This document shows positions 1 through 8,775 of a stretch of 64,000 nt of DNA, in pieces. The stretch covers positions 800,001 through 864,000 of the forward strand of contig OZ241841.1 in the NCBI GenBank assembly GCA_965202665.1. Direction: 5' to 3'. Position 1 is the first letter of the stretch; the number at the start of each line of letters is the position of its first letter. The notes beneath the pieces were generated by a model, which searched no databases, was not told where the DNA came from, and worked only from the letters and a program-made list of their open reading frames with translations. A program made the position numbers and the translations under genes. The DNA comes from Candidatus Spongiisociaceae bacterium (GTDB taxonomy: Bacteria; Actinomycetota; Acidimicrobiia; Spongiisociales; Spongiisociaceae).

Positions 1-170
1 GCGGGGCGGATGTACTCCAAGGTGGCCTGCAGCAGTTTCATGTCCACCGGGCTGTCCGCCGCCGGTTGTTCCGTTCCCGACGGCGCGTCCGGCCGCCCGG
101 TATCCGATGCGCCGGGCGGAGCGGGCAGGTCCAAAGTCACGGTGGCGGGCGAGGCGGTCACGGGGGTCAT
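1..170 (-). CDS. NifU/NfuA-type protein, 5' part only (runs off window start)
   Basis: Own translation MTPVTASP...VDMKLLQATLEYIRP; 'LEYIRP' resembles the start of the NifU C-terminal domain; ATG 2 nt after the stop of the upstream gene. Confidence 0.5.
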   Translation of the reverse strand, partial: MTPVTASPATVTLDLPAPPGASDTGRPDAPSGTEQPAADSPVDMKLLQATLEYIRP

Positions 171-171
171 T

Positions 172-960
172 CTAGCCGGGGGCGGTGGCCCTCATCTCCA
201 AAGACAACCGCTCGGCGTCCAAACCTTCGCTCCGAACCCGCAACTCCAGATAAGCCACCGCCAACACTACGAACAGAAACATCTCAAAAAGGGCCCCTAT
301 CACCGCCGACCATAGGATGGCGAACGGCCGCCCGGTGATGAGCAGGGTGGGCAAAGCCGCCGTCGCGGCCCCCATCACCACCACGATGGCCGCCGCCCCC
401 ACCGCCGTCCCGCACATGTGCCACCAACGGGAACGGACCAGGCGCCATGACCGGCGCAGGGCGCCCCTGATGCCCTGATTTTCCACCGTCATCGGCCCCG
501 GCCACACCGCCCAAGACAGGATGAGGAACAAGCCGGGCAGAATGAACAGTATCGTTCCCAAGACGACCGCCGGCAAGGTGAGCGCATACAGGCCCAAGAT
601 GGGAAGCAGACGGGAGAAGGCGGCGGCCAGGGCGGTGCGCCATCCCTGTTCGGTTCCGGCGTAGGCGTCCGCCGTCAAGCGGAACACGGCCGCCGCGGCC
701 ACCACCGAAACCAGGGAGGTGACCAGGAACTGGAACCCGACGACGGGGGCGGTTTCCGCCATCCATCCGGTCACCTCCTCCAAAGTCGCCTGCTCGGAGG
801 GCGGAACGGGAAGTTCGATCAAGGTCGACAAAAGCACCGACGCCGGAACAGGCAGGACCAGAGCCACCGCCGCCAGCGAACCGAACCGTTGCCGCACCAC
901 CGTCAAAGCATCGGTGAACACCCCTCCGATGTCCAAAGGACGAAGATGCAAAGTTTCCAC
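172..960 (-). CDS. Integral membrane protein (GDPD membrane-domain-like)
   Basis: About 6 hydrophobic helices; N-terminal LRPLDIGGV and C-terminal YLELRVRSEGLD typical of this actinobacterial family. Confidence 0.7.
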   Translation of the reverse strand: METLHLRPLDIGGVFTDALTVVRQRFGSLAAVALVLPVPASVLLSTLIELPVPPSEQATLEEVTGWMAETAPVVGFQFLVTSLVSVVAAAAVFRLTADAYAGTEQGWRTALAAAFSRLLPILGLYALTLPAVVLGTILFILPGLFLILSWAVWPGPMTVENQGIRGALRRSWRLVRSRWWHMCGTAVGAAAIVVVMGAATAALPTLLITGRPFAILWSAVIGALFEMFLFVVLAVAYLELRVRSEGLDAERLSLEMRATAPG

Positions 961-1058
961 GCCCCCGATGGTAATAGGGAGCCCTCAGGCCACCGACACG
1001 CGCGGGCCGCGGGAGCCCGCTAGCCTCGCCGTAAGACAGCGGGGAGGTTGATAACCCA

Positions 1059-1517
1059 ATGCAAGTAGCCATCGGGGCGGACCATGCCGGCGTTTCACTA
1101 AAAAGCTTCCTAGTGGAACATCTGGAGGGACTGGGTTATCAGGTGGCCGACCTGGGAACCCATTCCGAGCAACCGGTGGACTACCCGGATTCGGCGGCGG
1201 CGGTGGGGGAGGCGGTGCGCTCCGGGGCGGCGGAGCGGGGCATCGCCGTGTGCGGGTCGGGAGCGGGGACGGCCATCGCCGCCAACAAACTGCCCGGTAT
1301 CCGGGCGGCGGTGGCCCACGACCACTACACCGCCCATCAGATGGTGGAACACGACGATGTCAACCTGCTGTGCCTGGGGGCCAGGGTGGTGGGCCAAAGC
1401 TTGGCGGCCGAGCTGGCCGAAACGTTCCTGACCGCCGTATTCTCCGGCGAAGAACGCCACCTGCGCCGCCTGCAAAAAATCCACGCCCTGGAAAAAACGA
1501 AACCCGTTGCCGACTAA
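1059..1517 (+). CDS. rpiB: Ribose-5-phosphate isomerase B
   Basis: IGADHAG, DYPD, CGSGAG, ANKLPGIRAA, RHLRR motifs; GGAGG RBS upstream. Confidence 0.95.
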   Translation: MQVAIGADHAGVSLKSFLVEHLEGLGYQVADLGTHSEQPVDYPDSAAAVGEAVRSGAAERGIAVCGSGAGTAIAANKLPGIRAAVAHDHYTAHQMVEHDDVNLLCLGARVVGQSLAAELAETFLTAVFSGEERHLRRLQKIHALEKTKPVAD

Positions 1518-1869
1518 TCAACCTCCGGCCGTATCAGGCAAAGCAAATCGAAAAGGGCGTTATCTACCTTGACTCTGTCCGACGCTGAAAGGCGGCCCAA
1601 GGTTGTTACGTAACGGTTCTGGTTGACGGAACGGATCTGCTCGCACTGCAGGTAGCTGGTTTCCTCGAGCCCGTTTTCCTCGCTTGGCTCCACCTCAATA
1701 TACGAGTCTAAATCGCGGGGCGTAGTCGTAAAGGGCGCCACAACCACATTGGGAACATCCAGCCCGGCGGGGGACCCAGAACCAAAGCTGGGCGGTAACT
1801 AGCGGGGTCCGCCGGGTACTCCGGGTCCCTCGTAACAAAATCCACCAACCCTATTTCGTTGACCGGCAT
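1514..1869 (-). pseudogene. mazF: MazF/PemK toxin copy 3, frameshifted
   Basis: Close DNA match to 2945-3295 but with a 9-bp insertion and a 4-bp deletion near 1760; N- and C-terminal halves lie in different frames. Confidence 0.75.
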
Positions 1870-2276
1870 CCGGCGAAGCAAATCGCGAATGGTGTTATCT
1901 ACCTTGACTCTGTCCGACGCTGAAAGGTAGCCCAAGACGTTGATGTGAGGGTCCTTGTTAACGGAGCGAATCTGCTCGCACTGCAGGTAGCTGATTTCCT
2001 TAAGGCCGTTCTCCTTGTTTGGTTCCACTTCAACATACGAGCGGAGGTCGCGGGGCGTTGTCGTAAAGGGGCCCACAATCACGTTGGGACCCGCTGGCCC
2101 TCTCAGCGGGGGACCCAGGACCAAAGCTGGGCGGAGATCAGCAGGTTCCGCCGGGTACTCCGGACCAAAATCCACCGATAATATTACATTGGTGATCATA
2201 GCTCGCCACGTTAGCAAGCAACCCTTGCCAAACCCCCTGGACCAAAATCCACCAACCATATTTCGTTGACCGGCAT
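1870..2276 (-). pseudogene. mazF: MazF/PemK toxin copy 2, interrupted by a 77-bp insertion and fused in frame to copy 3
   Basis: ATG at 2276 (MPVNEIWLVDFGP) stops inside the insertion; alternative ATG at 2199; RPALVL, PFTT and QCEQIRSV kept; no stop before the copy 3 ATG. Confidence 0.7.
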
Positions 2277-2319
2277 ATCGCTATTCCTGCGACAATGCTT
2301 CGGCTACAAATACCTTTCC

Positions 2320-2850
2320 CTATTCCCGTTCGGGGCCAACCTCTCCCGGGGCGGCGTCCTGCGACATTACCTTGGCTACCAAATCCTTCCATTCATACGG
2401 ATCTACGTACCAAGGGTTCGGTTTTCTCCATTCCAACACAGCTCCGGCCGACCATCCATATCCAAACTGCTCCGTTGCTAAAGCCTCTACCGCTCTGGCT
2501 ACTGCCCTGTAGGCCCGGACGGCTCGGAGGGCCAGCTCCGGGTTCCCTATAATTTCGGCTATCTCATCGAAGCCCGCCAAGGCCTTTTGGAGGGGACCCA
2601 AATCGTAGATGACATACCCGCCCAAATCGCCTTGGGACTCCGCCGTCTGGTTGAATTCAGCCGCCGCCCGGCGAACTTCGTCCAGATCTAAACTCCGGGC
2701 CGCGTCGCGGGCCGACGGGAAGTCGAAGGCTTTGATGGCCGCCAGGACCGCCTCGGCGAGTTCGGCCCCTTCCTCCTCACCGCCCAGCTCCCGTAGCAGG
2801 TTGTGGACATCCGCCACCTGTTGCTCGCGACTCTTCATCAAGGGAAGCAT
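2320..2850 (-). CDS. Hypothetical 176-aa protein, candidate antitoxin/partner of MazF (copy A)
   Basis: AAAGGAG RBS; directly upstream of mazF; near-identical to 3339-3869. Confidence 0.7.
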   Translation of the reverse strand: MLPLMKSREQQVADVHNLLRELGGEEEGAELAEAVLAAIKAFDFPSARDAARSLDLDEVRRAAAEFNQTAESQGDLGGYVIYDLGPLQKALAGFDEIAEIIGNPELALRAVRAYRAVARAVEALATEQFGYGWSAGAVLEWRKPNPWYVDPYEWKDLVAKVMSQDAAPGEVGPERE

Positions 2851-2944
2851 AATACGCTCCTTTCGTCGTTGCGATCTCGTCGAGCGGATTCGCCGGGATT
2901 GGCGCCGCCCCCGTTTCCAACATCAAAACTTTTGGGGGAGACAA

Positions 2945-3295
2945 CTAATCAACTCCCGGCCGCCTCAGGCAAAGCAAATCGAGAATTGCTTTATCCACCT
3001 TGACTCTGTCCGACGCTGAAAGGCGGCCCAAGGTTGTTACGTAACGGTTCTGGTTGACGGAGCGGATCTGCTCGCACTGCAGGTAGCTGATTTCCTCAAG
3101 CCCGTTTTCCTCGCTTGGCTCCACCTCAATATACGAGTCCAAGTCGCGGGGCGTAGTCGTAAAGGGCGCCACAACCACGTTGGGAACATCCACCCAACCC
3201 GGCCGGGGGCCAAGAACCAAAGCTGGGCGGTAACCAGCGGGTTCCGCCGGGTACCCCGGATCAAAATCCACCAACCAGATTTCGTTGACCGGCAT
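2945..3295 (-). CDS. mazF: MazF/PemK-family endoribonuclease toxin (intact copy 1)
   Basis: EIWLVDF...RPALVL...VVAPFTT...NGL...SYLQCEQIRSV...LGRL; catalytic Arg and Thr present; 116 aa. Confidence 0.9.
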   Translation of the reverse strand: MPVNEIWLVDFDPGYPAEPAGYRPALVLGPRPGWVDVPNVVVAPFTTTPRDLDSYIEVEPSEENGLEEISYLQCEQIRSVNQNRYVTTLGRLSASDRVKVDKAILDLLCLRRPGVD

Positions 3296-3338
3296 ATCGC
3301 TATTCCTGCGACAATGCTTCGGCTACAAATACCTTTCC

Positions 3339-3869
3339 CTATTCCCGTTCGGGGCCAACCTCTCCCGGGGCGGCGTCCTGCGACATTACCTTGGCTACCA
3401 AATCCTTCCATTCATACGGATCTACGTACCAAGGGTTCGGTTTTCTCCATTCCAACACAGCTCCGGCCGACCATTTATATCCAAACTGCTCCGTTGCTAA
3501 AGCCTCTACTTCTATGGCTACTGCGCTGTAGGCCCGGACGGCTCGGAGGGCCAGCTCCGGGTTCCCTATGATCTCGGCTATCTCATCGAAGCCCGCCAAG
3601 GCCTTTTGGAGGGGACCCAAATCGTAGATGACATACCCGCCCAAATCGCCTTGGGACTCCGCCGTCTGGTTGAATTCAGCCGCCGCCCGGCGTACTTCGT
3701 CCAGATCGAATCTCTCGGCCGCGTCGCGGGCCGACGGGAAGTCGAAGGCTTTGATGGCCGCCAGGACCGCCTCGGCGAGTTCGGCCCCTTCCTCCTCACC
3801 GCCCAGCTCCCGTAGCAGGTTGTGGACATCCGCCACCTGTTGCTCGCGACTCTTCATCAAGGGAAGCAT
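3339..3869 (-). CDS. Hypothetical 176-aa protein, candidate antitoxin/partner of MazF (copy B)
   Basis: AAAGGAG RBS; ends 43 bp before the mazF ATG; acidic and probably helical. Confidence 0.7.
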   Translation of the reverse strand: MLPLMKSREQQVADVHNLLRELGGEEEGAELAEAVLAAIKAFDFPSARDAAERFDLDEVRRAAAEFNQTAESQGDLGGYVIYDLGPLQKALAGFDEIAEIIGNPELALRAVRAYSAVAIEVEALATEQFGYKWSAGAVLEWRKPNPWYVDPYEWKDLVAKVMSQDAAPGEVGPERE

Positions 3870-3997
3870 AATACGCTCCTTTCGTCGTTGCGGTCTCGTC
3901 GAGCGGGTTCGCCGGGATTGGCGCCGCCCCTGCTTCCAACATACAAAACTTTGGGGGAGACAACTAGGGGGTTGTTTTTTGACGACGGAGCGGGAGC

Positions 3998-4067
3998 CCG
4001 GCCCGAGGGCGACTGCTCCGGAGGGCGGCGAAAGGGGGTAGATTTGGGGCGTTCGGGAGGAGAAGCC
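3998..4067 (+). repeat. 70-bp direct repeat, copy 1
   Basis: ccggcccgagggcgactgctccggagggcggcgaaagggggtagatttggggcgttcgggaggagaagcc; 4 mismatches to 4908-4977. Confidence 0.9.
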
Positions 4068-4341
4068 CGCAATGTTCTAATCGTAGAACAGTAGGCGGAG
4101 GGGCGGCAGGTCGTAAACATCCGCCCGCTGCCACCCCCCCCCCCGTCCGCTACCCGGCGGGAATCCCGCCCCTCGGACCCGGCGGATGGTCGTCATCCCC
4201 CTGGATTCGGCGACTCGGCGGGATGATGTCGCAATCCCCTATCGGAGTAAAGGAATCCCTCCGGCCTGGACGGGCGGGCGGGTTATCCTCCCACCGCCGT
4301 TTGTCCTGCGACCGAACCGAACCCCGGCGGGAATCCGGGAA

Positions 4342-4650
4342 TCATCCCCCGGCGGGATGACCGCCGCCAAGTCCTGCGACCCGCCGCCGTTCGTCATTCG
4401 TGGATTCCGAACCGCCCGCCCGGTCGGTCGCCGTCATCCCAAACAGGCTACGCAGTTCGTCCCGAACCGCCGCCTGCGTCTCCGCCAACTCGGCGGGCGA
4501 CAGGTTAGCCGCCGCCCCTTCCCGGATAGCCGCCCATCCGTCCGTAGTCGGATAATGGCCGCCCACTTCCTGGATGATGGCATTTAATGCCGCCGCCAGT
4601 TCGGCGGGCGACATCCCGCAGTTCGGGTCGTTAATCGGGTTCGTCATCAT
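4342..4650 (-). CDS. Hypothetical protein
   Basis: 102-aa ORF with purine-rich RBS (AAAGGGGGA); internal SPAELA motif occurs twice. Confidence 0.55.
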   Translation of the reverse strand: MMTNPINDPNCGMSPAELAAALNAIIQEVGGHYPTTDGWAAIREGAAANLSPAELAETQAAVRDELRSLFGMTATDRAGGSESTNDERRRVAGLGGGHPAGG

Positions 4651-4907
4651 TCCCCCTTTTCCTAGTTATCGGAATACCCTACCCCCGAATTAAACAGTAT
4701 GGTGGATGGTCTAACAAAGCCTGATTTTCAGACACCTCTGATGATTACTTACAACCACAGGCTGTACCGTGGAATAGATAAGCACCAGGCACCAGAGCAG
4801 ACAGCACAGGATCGTCAGTGTCAGTATCAGGGTCATACGCGGGATCTGCTTTGGCCTGCTTTGTTGTGTGGTTCTGGTTCAGGTCCCGCCCTGCTGTCCT
4901 GCTGGAT

Positions 4908-4977
4908 CCGGCCCGGGGGCGCCTGCTCCGGAGGGTGGCGAAAGGGGGTAGATTTGGGGCGTTCGGGAGGAGGAGCC
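4908..4977 (+). repeat. 70-bp direct repeat, copy 2 (includes dodecin RBS)
   Basis: 910-bp offset from copy 1; ends in GGAGGAG just before the TTG start at 4979. Confidence 0.9.
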
Positions 4978-4978
4978 T

Positions 4979-5197
4979 TTGCAAATAACCAAGACGGTTC
5001 GGATAGCCGGAGAGTCGGAGACCTCCATCGAAGCGGCCATCGGGTCGGTGCTGACGCGGGCCGCCGCCTCGTTGCGGGATGTGCAAACCTATGAGGTGGT
5101 GCGGGTGGGGGGCCGCTTGGGCGACGGCGGGACCTGGGTGCACGAAGTCACCTGCGATGTGACCTTCGGCGTCAAAGAGCCCGCCGCCTACGGGTGA
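4979..5197 (+). CDS. Dodecin-family protein
   Basis: 72 aa; GESETSIEAAI...RAAASLR...EV...V.F pattern. Confidence 0.8.
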   Translation: MQITKTVRIAGESETSIEAAIGSVLTRAAASLRDVQTYEVVRVGGRLGDGGTWVHEVTCDVTFGVKEPAAYG

Positions 5198-6165
5198 GCC
5201 CCGAACCGGTCCCCCTCGGCTCGGGCATCCACCGGGTGACGCTGCAACTGCCCATAATCAGCCCGCCCGCCGTCAACTGCTACATCATTGAAGGCGGCGA
5301 CGGGCTGACGGTGATCGACTGCGGGGTGGAACAACGGGAACGTCTGGACGAACTGGGCTCCGCCCTGTCCGCCATCGCGGGCGGGGAAGCGCCGGTGGAA
5401 CGGTTGGCGTGCACCCACCTGCATTTCGACCATATGGGAGGGGCCGCCTCTTTTGTGCGCCAACACCAGTCGGAGTTCATCATGCACCGCACCGCCGCCG
5501 GCCTGACGGACGAGTACAACGACTGGTCGATCATTATGGAACGGATGTTGCGCTGGGCCCGTCGCAGCGGGGCCCCTCCCGACGACTTGGAGGCGATGGC
5601 GGACTGGCCCCGCCCCGACTACGCGGGCCGGGCCATCGCCCCCACCCGCCCGGTGGAGGACGGCGACCGCATCCCCCTCGGCGGGGACCGGAACTTGGAG
5701 GTCATCCACACCCCCGGCCATCATCTCACCCACATTTGCCTGCGGGACAGCCGCACCGGCCGCCTGTTCAGCGGAGACCACATCCTGCCCCGCATCACCC
5801 CTTTCGTGGCCCATCAGGACGACCGGGACGCGCTGGCCGAATACCTGGATTCCCTGGAACGGATCGAACTGCTGGACCCGGGAACCACCCTGCCCGCCCA
5901 TGGCGACACCGTGGAGCAGGGCCGGGCCCGGGCCCGCCAGATAACCCTCCACCATCAAAGGCGGCTGGGGGCCATGGCCCAGGTAACCCGCGCCCGCCCC
6001 GCCACCGCCTGGGAGGTGATGACCGAAACTTTCCGCCCCGACCTGACCGTCCAGCAACGGTTTCTGGCCTTTCAAGAAACGTTGGCCCATTTGGAGCATC
6101 TGGTCGCCCAAGGCCGCCTGCGCCGGGCGGAAGAAGAAGGCCTGCTGCGCTACGGCCCGCCGTAA
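5194..6165 (+). CDS. MBL-fold metallo-hydrolase
   Basis: THLHFDHMGG, TPGH, SGDH, PAHG motifs. Confidence 0.9.
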   Translation: MSPEPVPLGSGIHRVTLQLPIISPPAVNCYIIEGGDGLTVIDCGVEQRERLDELGSALSAIAGGEAPVERLACTHLHFDHMGGAASFVRQHQSEFIMHRTAAGLTDEYNDWSIIMERMLRWARRSGAPPDDLEAMADWPRPDYAGRAIAPTRPVEDGDRIPLGGDRNLEVIHTPGHHLTHICLRDSRTGRLFSGDHILPRITPFVAHQDDRDALAEYLDSLERIELLDPGTTLPAHGDTVEQGRARARQITLHHQRRLGAMAQVTRARPATAWEVMTETFRPDLTVQQRFLAFQETLAHLEHLVAQGRLRRAEEEGLLRYGPP

Positions 6166-6192
6166 CCCCCGCGCCCGGCCCGGAACCGGAGG

Positions 6193-6405
6193 CTATTTGA
6201 TTTTGACGGGGCGGAACCCCCGGTTGCGGGCTTCCGCCAGCGTGTCCGGCCCGAAGGTTTGGACGAGTTTGCGGCCCGCCAAATCCTCCGCCTCCATCCT
6301 TTCCTCCAAGGCGGCGAACTGCTCCGGGCGGTCGCAGTCGTACACCCGCATCGTGTCCCGCGCGCCCACGAACCGGTTCCCGGAGAAATGGCGCAACCGG
6401 CCCAC
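6193..6405 (-). CDS. Conserved hypothetical small protein
   Basis: 70 aa in operon position; FGPDTLAEARNRGF. Confidence 0.65.
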   Translation of the reverse strand: MGRLRHFSGNRFVGARDTMRVYDCDRPEQFAALEERMEAEDLAGRKLVQTFGPDTLAEARNRGFRPVKIK

Positions 6406-6414
6406 GCCCGCCCC

Positions 6415-6750
6415 CTAACCTCTCCGCCCGGCAACGGCGGCGGACACCGCCGTCACCGCCGACCAGTCGTCGCCGGGGGAGGTCCGGCAACGGCTGACAT
6501 GTCCGCAGTCGGCGCACCGATGGACGATCTTCGTCCGGCCGCCTCCGGTCTCCACCCCCACCGGCTCCATCATCCCCCCACAACGGGCGGCCCGGTCGCC
6601 GGGGCGGACGTCCACATGCCGGGACCACAGGCAACGGCGGCAGTGGTTGGTGTAGCCGTCCCCCGGATTGCGCTCCCCGCACCGGGAACAGGCGAAATCC
6701 TCCACCCGGCGTCGAAACCCGCCTCCGGGGGCCGTCCGCTCCGTCCGCAC
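6415..6750 (-). CDS. RNHCP-domain zinc-ribbon protein
   Basis: FACSRCG, YTNHCRRCLWSRHVD, PGDRAARCGGMMEP, HRCADCG. Confidence 0.85.
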   Translation of the reverse strand: MRTERTAPGGGFRRRVEDFACSRCGERNPGDGYTNHCRRCLWSRHVDVRPGDRAARCGGMMEPVGVETGGGRTKIVHRCADCGHVSRCRTSPGDDWSAVTAVSAAVAGRRG

Positions 6751-6759
6751 CCCGCCCCC

Positions 6760-8400
6760 TCAGATTCGGGAAGGTTCCCGATAGGCGCCGAACACGGCCC
6801 GCAACGAGTCGGTTATCTCCCCCAGGGTGGCCCGCGCCCGGGCCGCCTCCACCAGCAAAGGCATCAGGTTGGCTTCCCCGGCGGCGGCTTTTTCCAAATC
6901 CTGCCGGAGGGCCGCCACCGCCTCCTCATCCCGGCCGGCCCGCACCGCGGCCAGCCTCTCCCGCTGGCCCTCCTCCACTTCCGGGCCGATGCGCAACAGT
7001 TCAATATCGGACGTTTCTTCGCTCTGGTGGCAGTTCACCCCCACCACTTTCCGCTCCCCGCGGTCCACCGCCCGCTCGAAGCGGTAGGCGGAGTCGGCGA
7101 TGGCCGACTGGAAAAACCCTTCTTCTATACCCCGCAACGCCCCGGTCAGCATGGACCCGCCGCCCAGATCCGCCACCTGCTCCATAATCTTCTCCGCCTG
7201 GGCTTCCATCCGGTCGGTCATCTCCTCCACCAGCCACGATCCGCCCAGGGGGTCGATGCTGTCCGCAATCCCCGTTTCCGAAGCGATCACCTGCTGGGTG
7301 CGCAAGGCGATTTCCGAGGCCCGTTCGGTGGGCAGGGCGTACACCTCGTCCAAAGCGTTGGTGTGCAGGCTTTGCGCCCCGCCCAGCGTCGCCGCCAAAG
7401 CTTCGACGGCGGTGCGCACGATGTTGTTCTCCGGTTGCTGGGCGGTCAGCGACACCCCGGCGGTCTGGGCGTGGAAACGGAGTTTCAGGGAACGTTCCGA
7501 ACGGGCCCCGTAGCGTTCCCGCAACCAGCGGGCCCACAGGCGGCGGGCGGCCCGGAATTTGGCGATCTCCTCGAAGAAGTCGATGTGGGCGTCGAAGAAA
7601 AAGGACAGGCGGGGCGCAAAGTCGTCCACCGCCAGCCCGCGGCGCATCCCCGCCTCCACGTAGGCGAACCCGTCCCCCAAGGTGAAAGCCAACTCTTGGG
7701 CGGCGGTGGCCCCCGCCTCCCGGATGTGATAGCCGGACACGGAAATGGTGTTCCACAACGGGGTTTCCGCCAAGCAGTATTCCATCTGGTCGGTGAGCAG
7801 CCGAATGTGCGGTTCGGGCGGAAAAACCCATTCTTTTTGAGCGATGTATTCTTTGAGGATGTCGGCTTGCAGGGTGCCCCGCAACCGCGCCCGGCGGGCC
7901 CCCTGTTCCTCCGCCGCCACCAGGAAAAAGGCGAACAGAATCTGAGCGGGGCCGCTGATGGTCATGGAAACCGAAACCGTCTCCAAGTCAATCCCCTCGT
8001 ACAGGCGGGCCATGTCGTCCACGGTGTCCACCGCCACCCCGCAGTGCCCCACCTCCCCCGCCGCCCGGGGATGGTCGCTGTCGTAACCCATCAGGGTGGG
8101 CATGTCAAAAGCGGTGCTCAGCCCGTCCTGCCCTTGCTCCAGCAACTGGCGGAACCGGCGGTTGGTGGCCCCGGCGTCGGCGAAGCCGGCGAACTGGCGC
8201 ATCGTCCACAACCGGCCCCGGTAGCCGGAGGCGTGGATGCCGCGCGTGTAGGGGTACTGCCCCGGATAGCCGATGGAGGGCGGAACTTCACCCGTCGCCG
8301 GTTCCCCCAGAGCGGGGACCGGCTCGAAGGAAAGCGTGGAAAAAGCGGGGGCCCGTTTGTCCGCCCGGTCGTAGGCGGTACGCCATTCCCGCCCGCCCAT
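6760..8400 (-). CDS. icmA: B12-dependent acyl-CoA mutase large subunit, isobutyryl-CoA mutase type
   Basis: PYTRG, WTMRQFAGF, DILKEYIAQKEW, SGYHIREAG, SLHTNALDE; Phe/Gln specificity residues; no B12-binding domain. Confidence 0.8.
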   Translation of the reverse strand: MGGREWRTAYDRADKRAPAFSTLSFEPVPALGEPATGEVPPSIGYPGQYPYTRGIHASGYRGRLWTMRQFAGFADAGATNRRFRQLLEQGQDGLSTAFDMPTLMGYDSDHPRAAGEVGHCGVAVDTVDDMARLYEGIDLETVSVSMTISGPAQILFAFFLVAAEEQGARRARLRGTLQADILKEYIAQKEWVFPPEPHIRLLTDQMEYCLAETPLWNTISVSGYHIREAGATAAQELAFTLGDGFAYVEAGMRRGLAVDDFAPRLSFFFDAHIDFFEEIAKFRAARRLWARWLRERYGARSERSLKLRFHAQTAGVSLTAQQPENNIVRTAVEALAATLGGAQSLHTNALDEVYALPTERASEIALRTQQVIASETGIADSIDPLGGSWLVEEMTDRMEAQAEKIMEQVADLGGGSMLTGALRGIEEGFFQSAIADSAYRFERAVDRGERKVVGVNCHQSEETSDIELLRIGPEVEEGQRERLAAVRAGRDEEAVAALRQDLEKAAAGEANLMPLLVEAARARATLGEITDSLRAVFGAYREPSRI

Positions 8401-8403
8401 CGC

Positions 8404-8775
8404 CTACCCGCCGCTCCACATCGGGTCCGGCCCCCAGCCGGCCCCGCCGGCCTCGGGGTCGGGTTCCGGGGCGGGACGGGGGCCGACGGCCACCATCGCC
8501 CCGCACATCGGACAGGGGGCTTCGCCGACGTCGCCCACTATGAAACTGAACCCGCATTCTTCGCTTGCGCACCGCACCCGGGCGGAGGGCCTCTCCGGCG
8601 GAAGAGGCGGGGGCGGAGGCTCGGGGCCCGCCGGGGGCATTCCCCCCGGTCCCATGCCGCCGGGGGGCCCGGCCGTTCCCCGCACCTCGTTGGCGGTGCC
8701 GCAGGCCGGGCAGGCGTAACGGCCCGGCCCCATTACTTCAAAGCCGCTCCCGCAACGTCCGCAACGCGCTCTCAT
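8404..8775 (-). CDS. Double zinc-ribbon protein with Pro-rich linker
   Basis: CGRC/CPAC and CASEEC/CPMC pairs; start taken at MRARC with GGAG RBS. Confidence 0.65.
   Translation of the reverse strand: MRARCGRCGSGFEVMGPGRYACPACGTANEVRGTAGPPGGMGPGGMPPAGPEPPPPPLPPERPSARVRCASEECGFSFIVGDVGEAPCPMCGAMVAVGPRPAPEPDPEAGGAGWGPDPMWSGG

Larger units (their letters stand above)
2254..3966. repeat. Tandem duplication with 1019-bp offset (partner gene + leader + mazF start)
   Basis: About 2254-2946 aligns with about 3273-3966 with few substitutions. Confidence 0.9.

Noticed and set aside
1514-3869. Diversity-generating retroelement behind the mazF/partner variation
   Set aside because: Substitutions are not adenine-specific (for example GAG/CGG, TTC/TTA) and no reverse transcriptase is in the window
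4073-4090. LexA (SOS) box
   Set aside because: Half-sites are in GTTC...GAAC order with the wrong spacing; the actinobacterial box is GAAC-N4-GTTC
4745-4890. Short peptide ending GTACGCK as a RiPP precursor
   Set aside because: No convincing start or RBS and no modifying enzymes nearby
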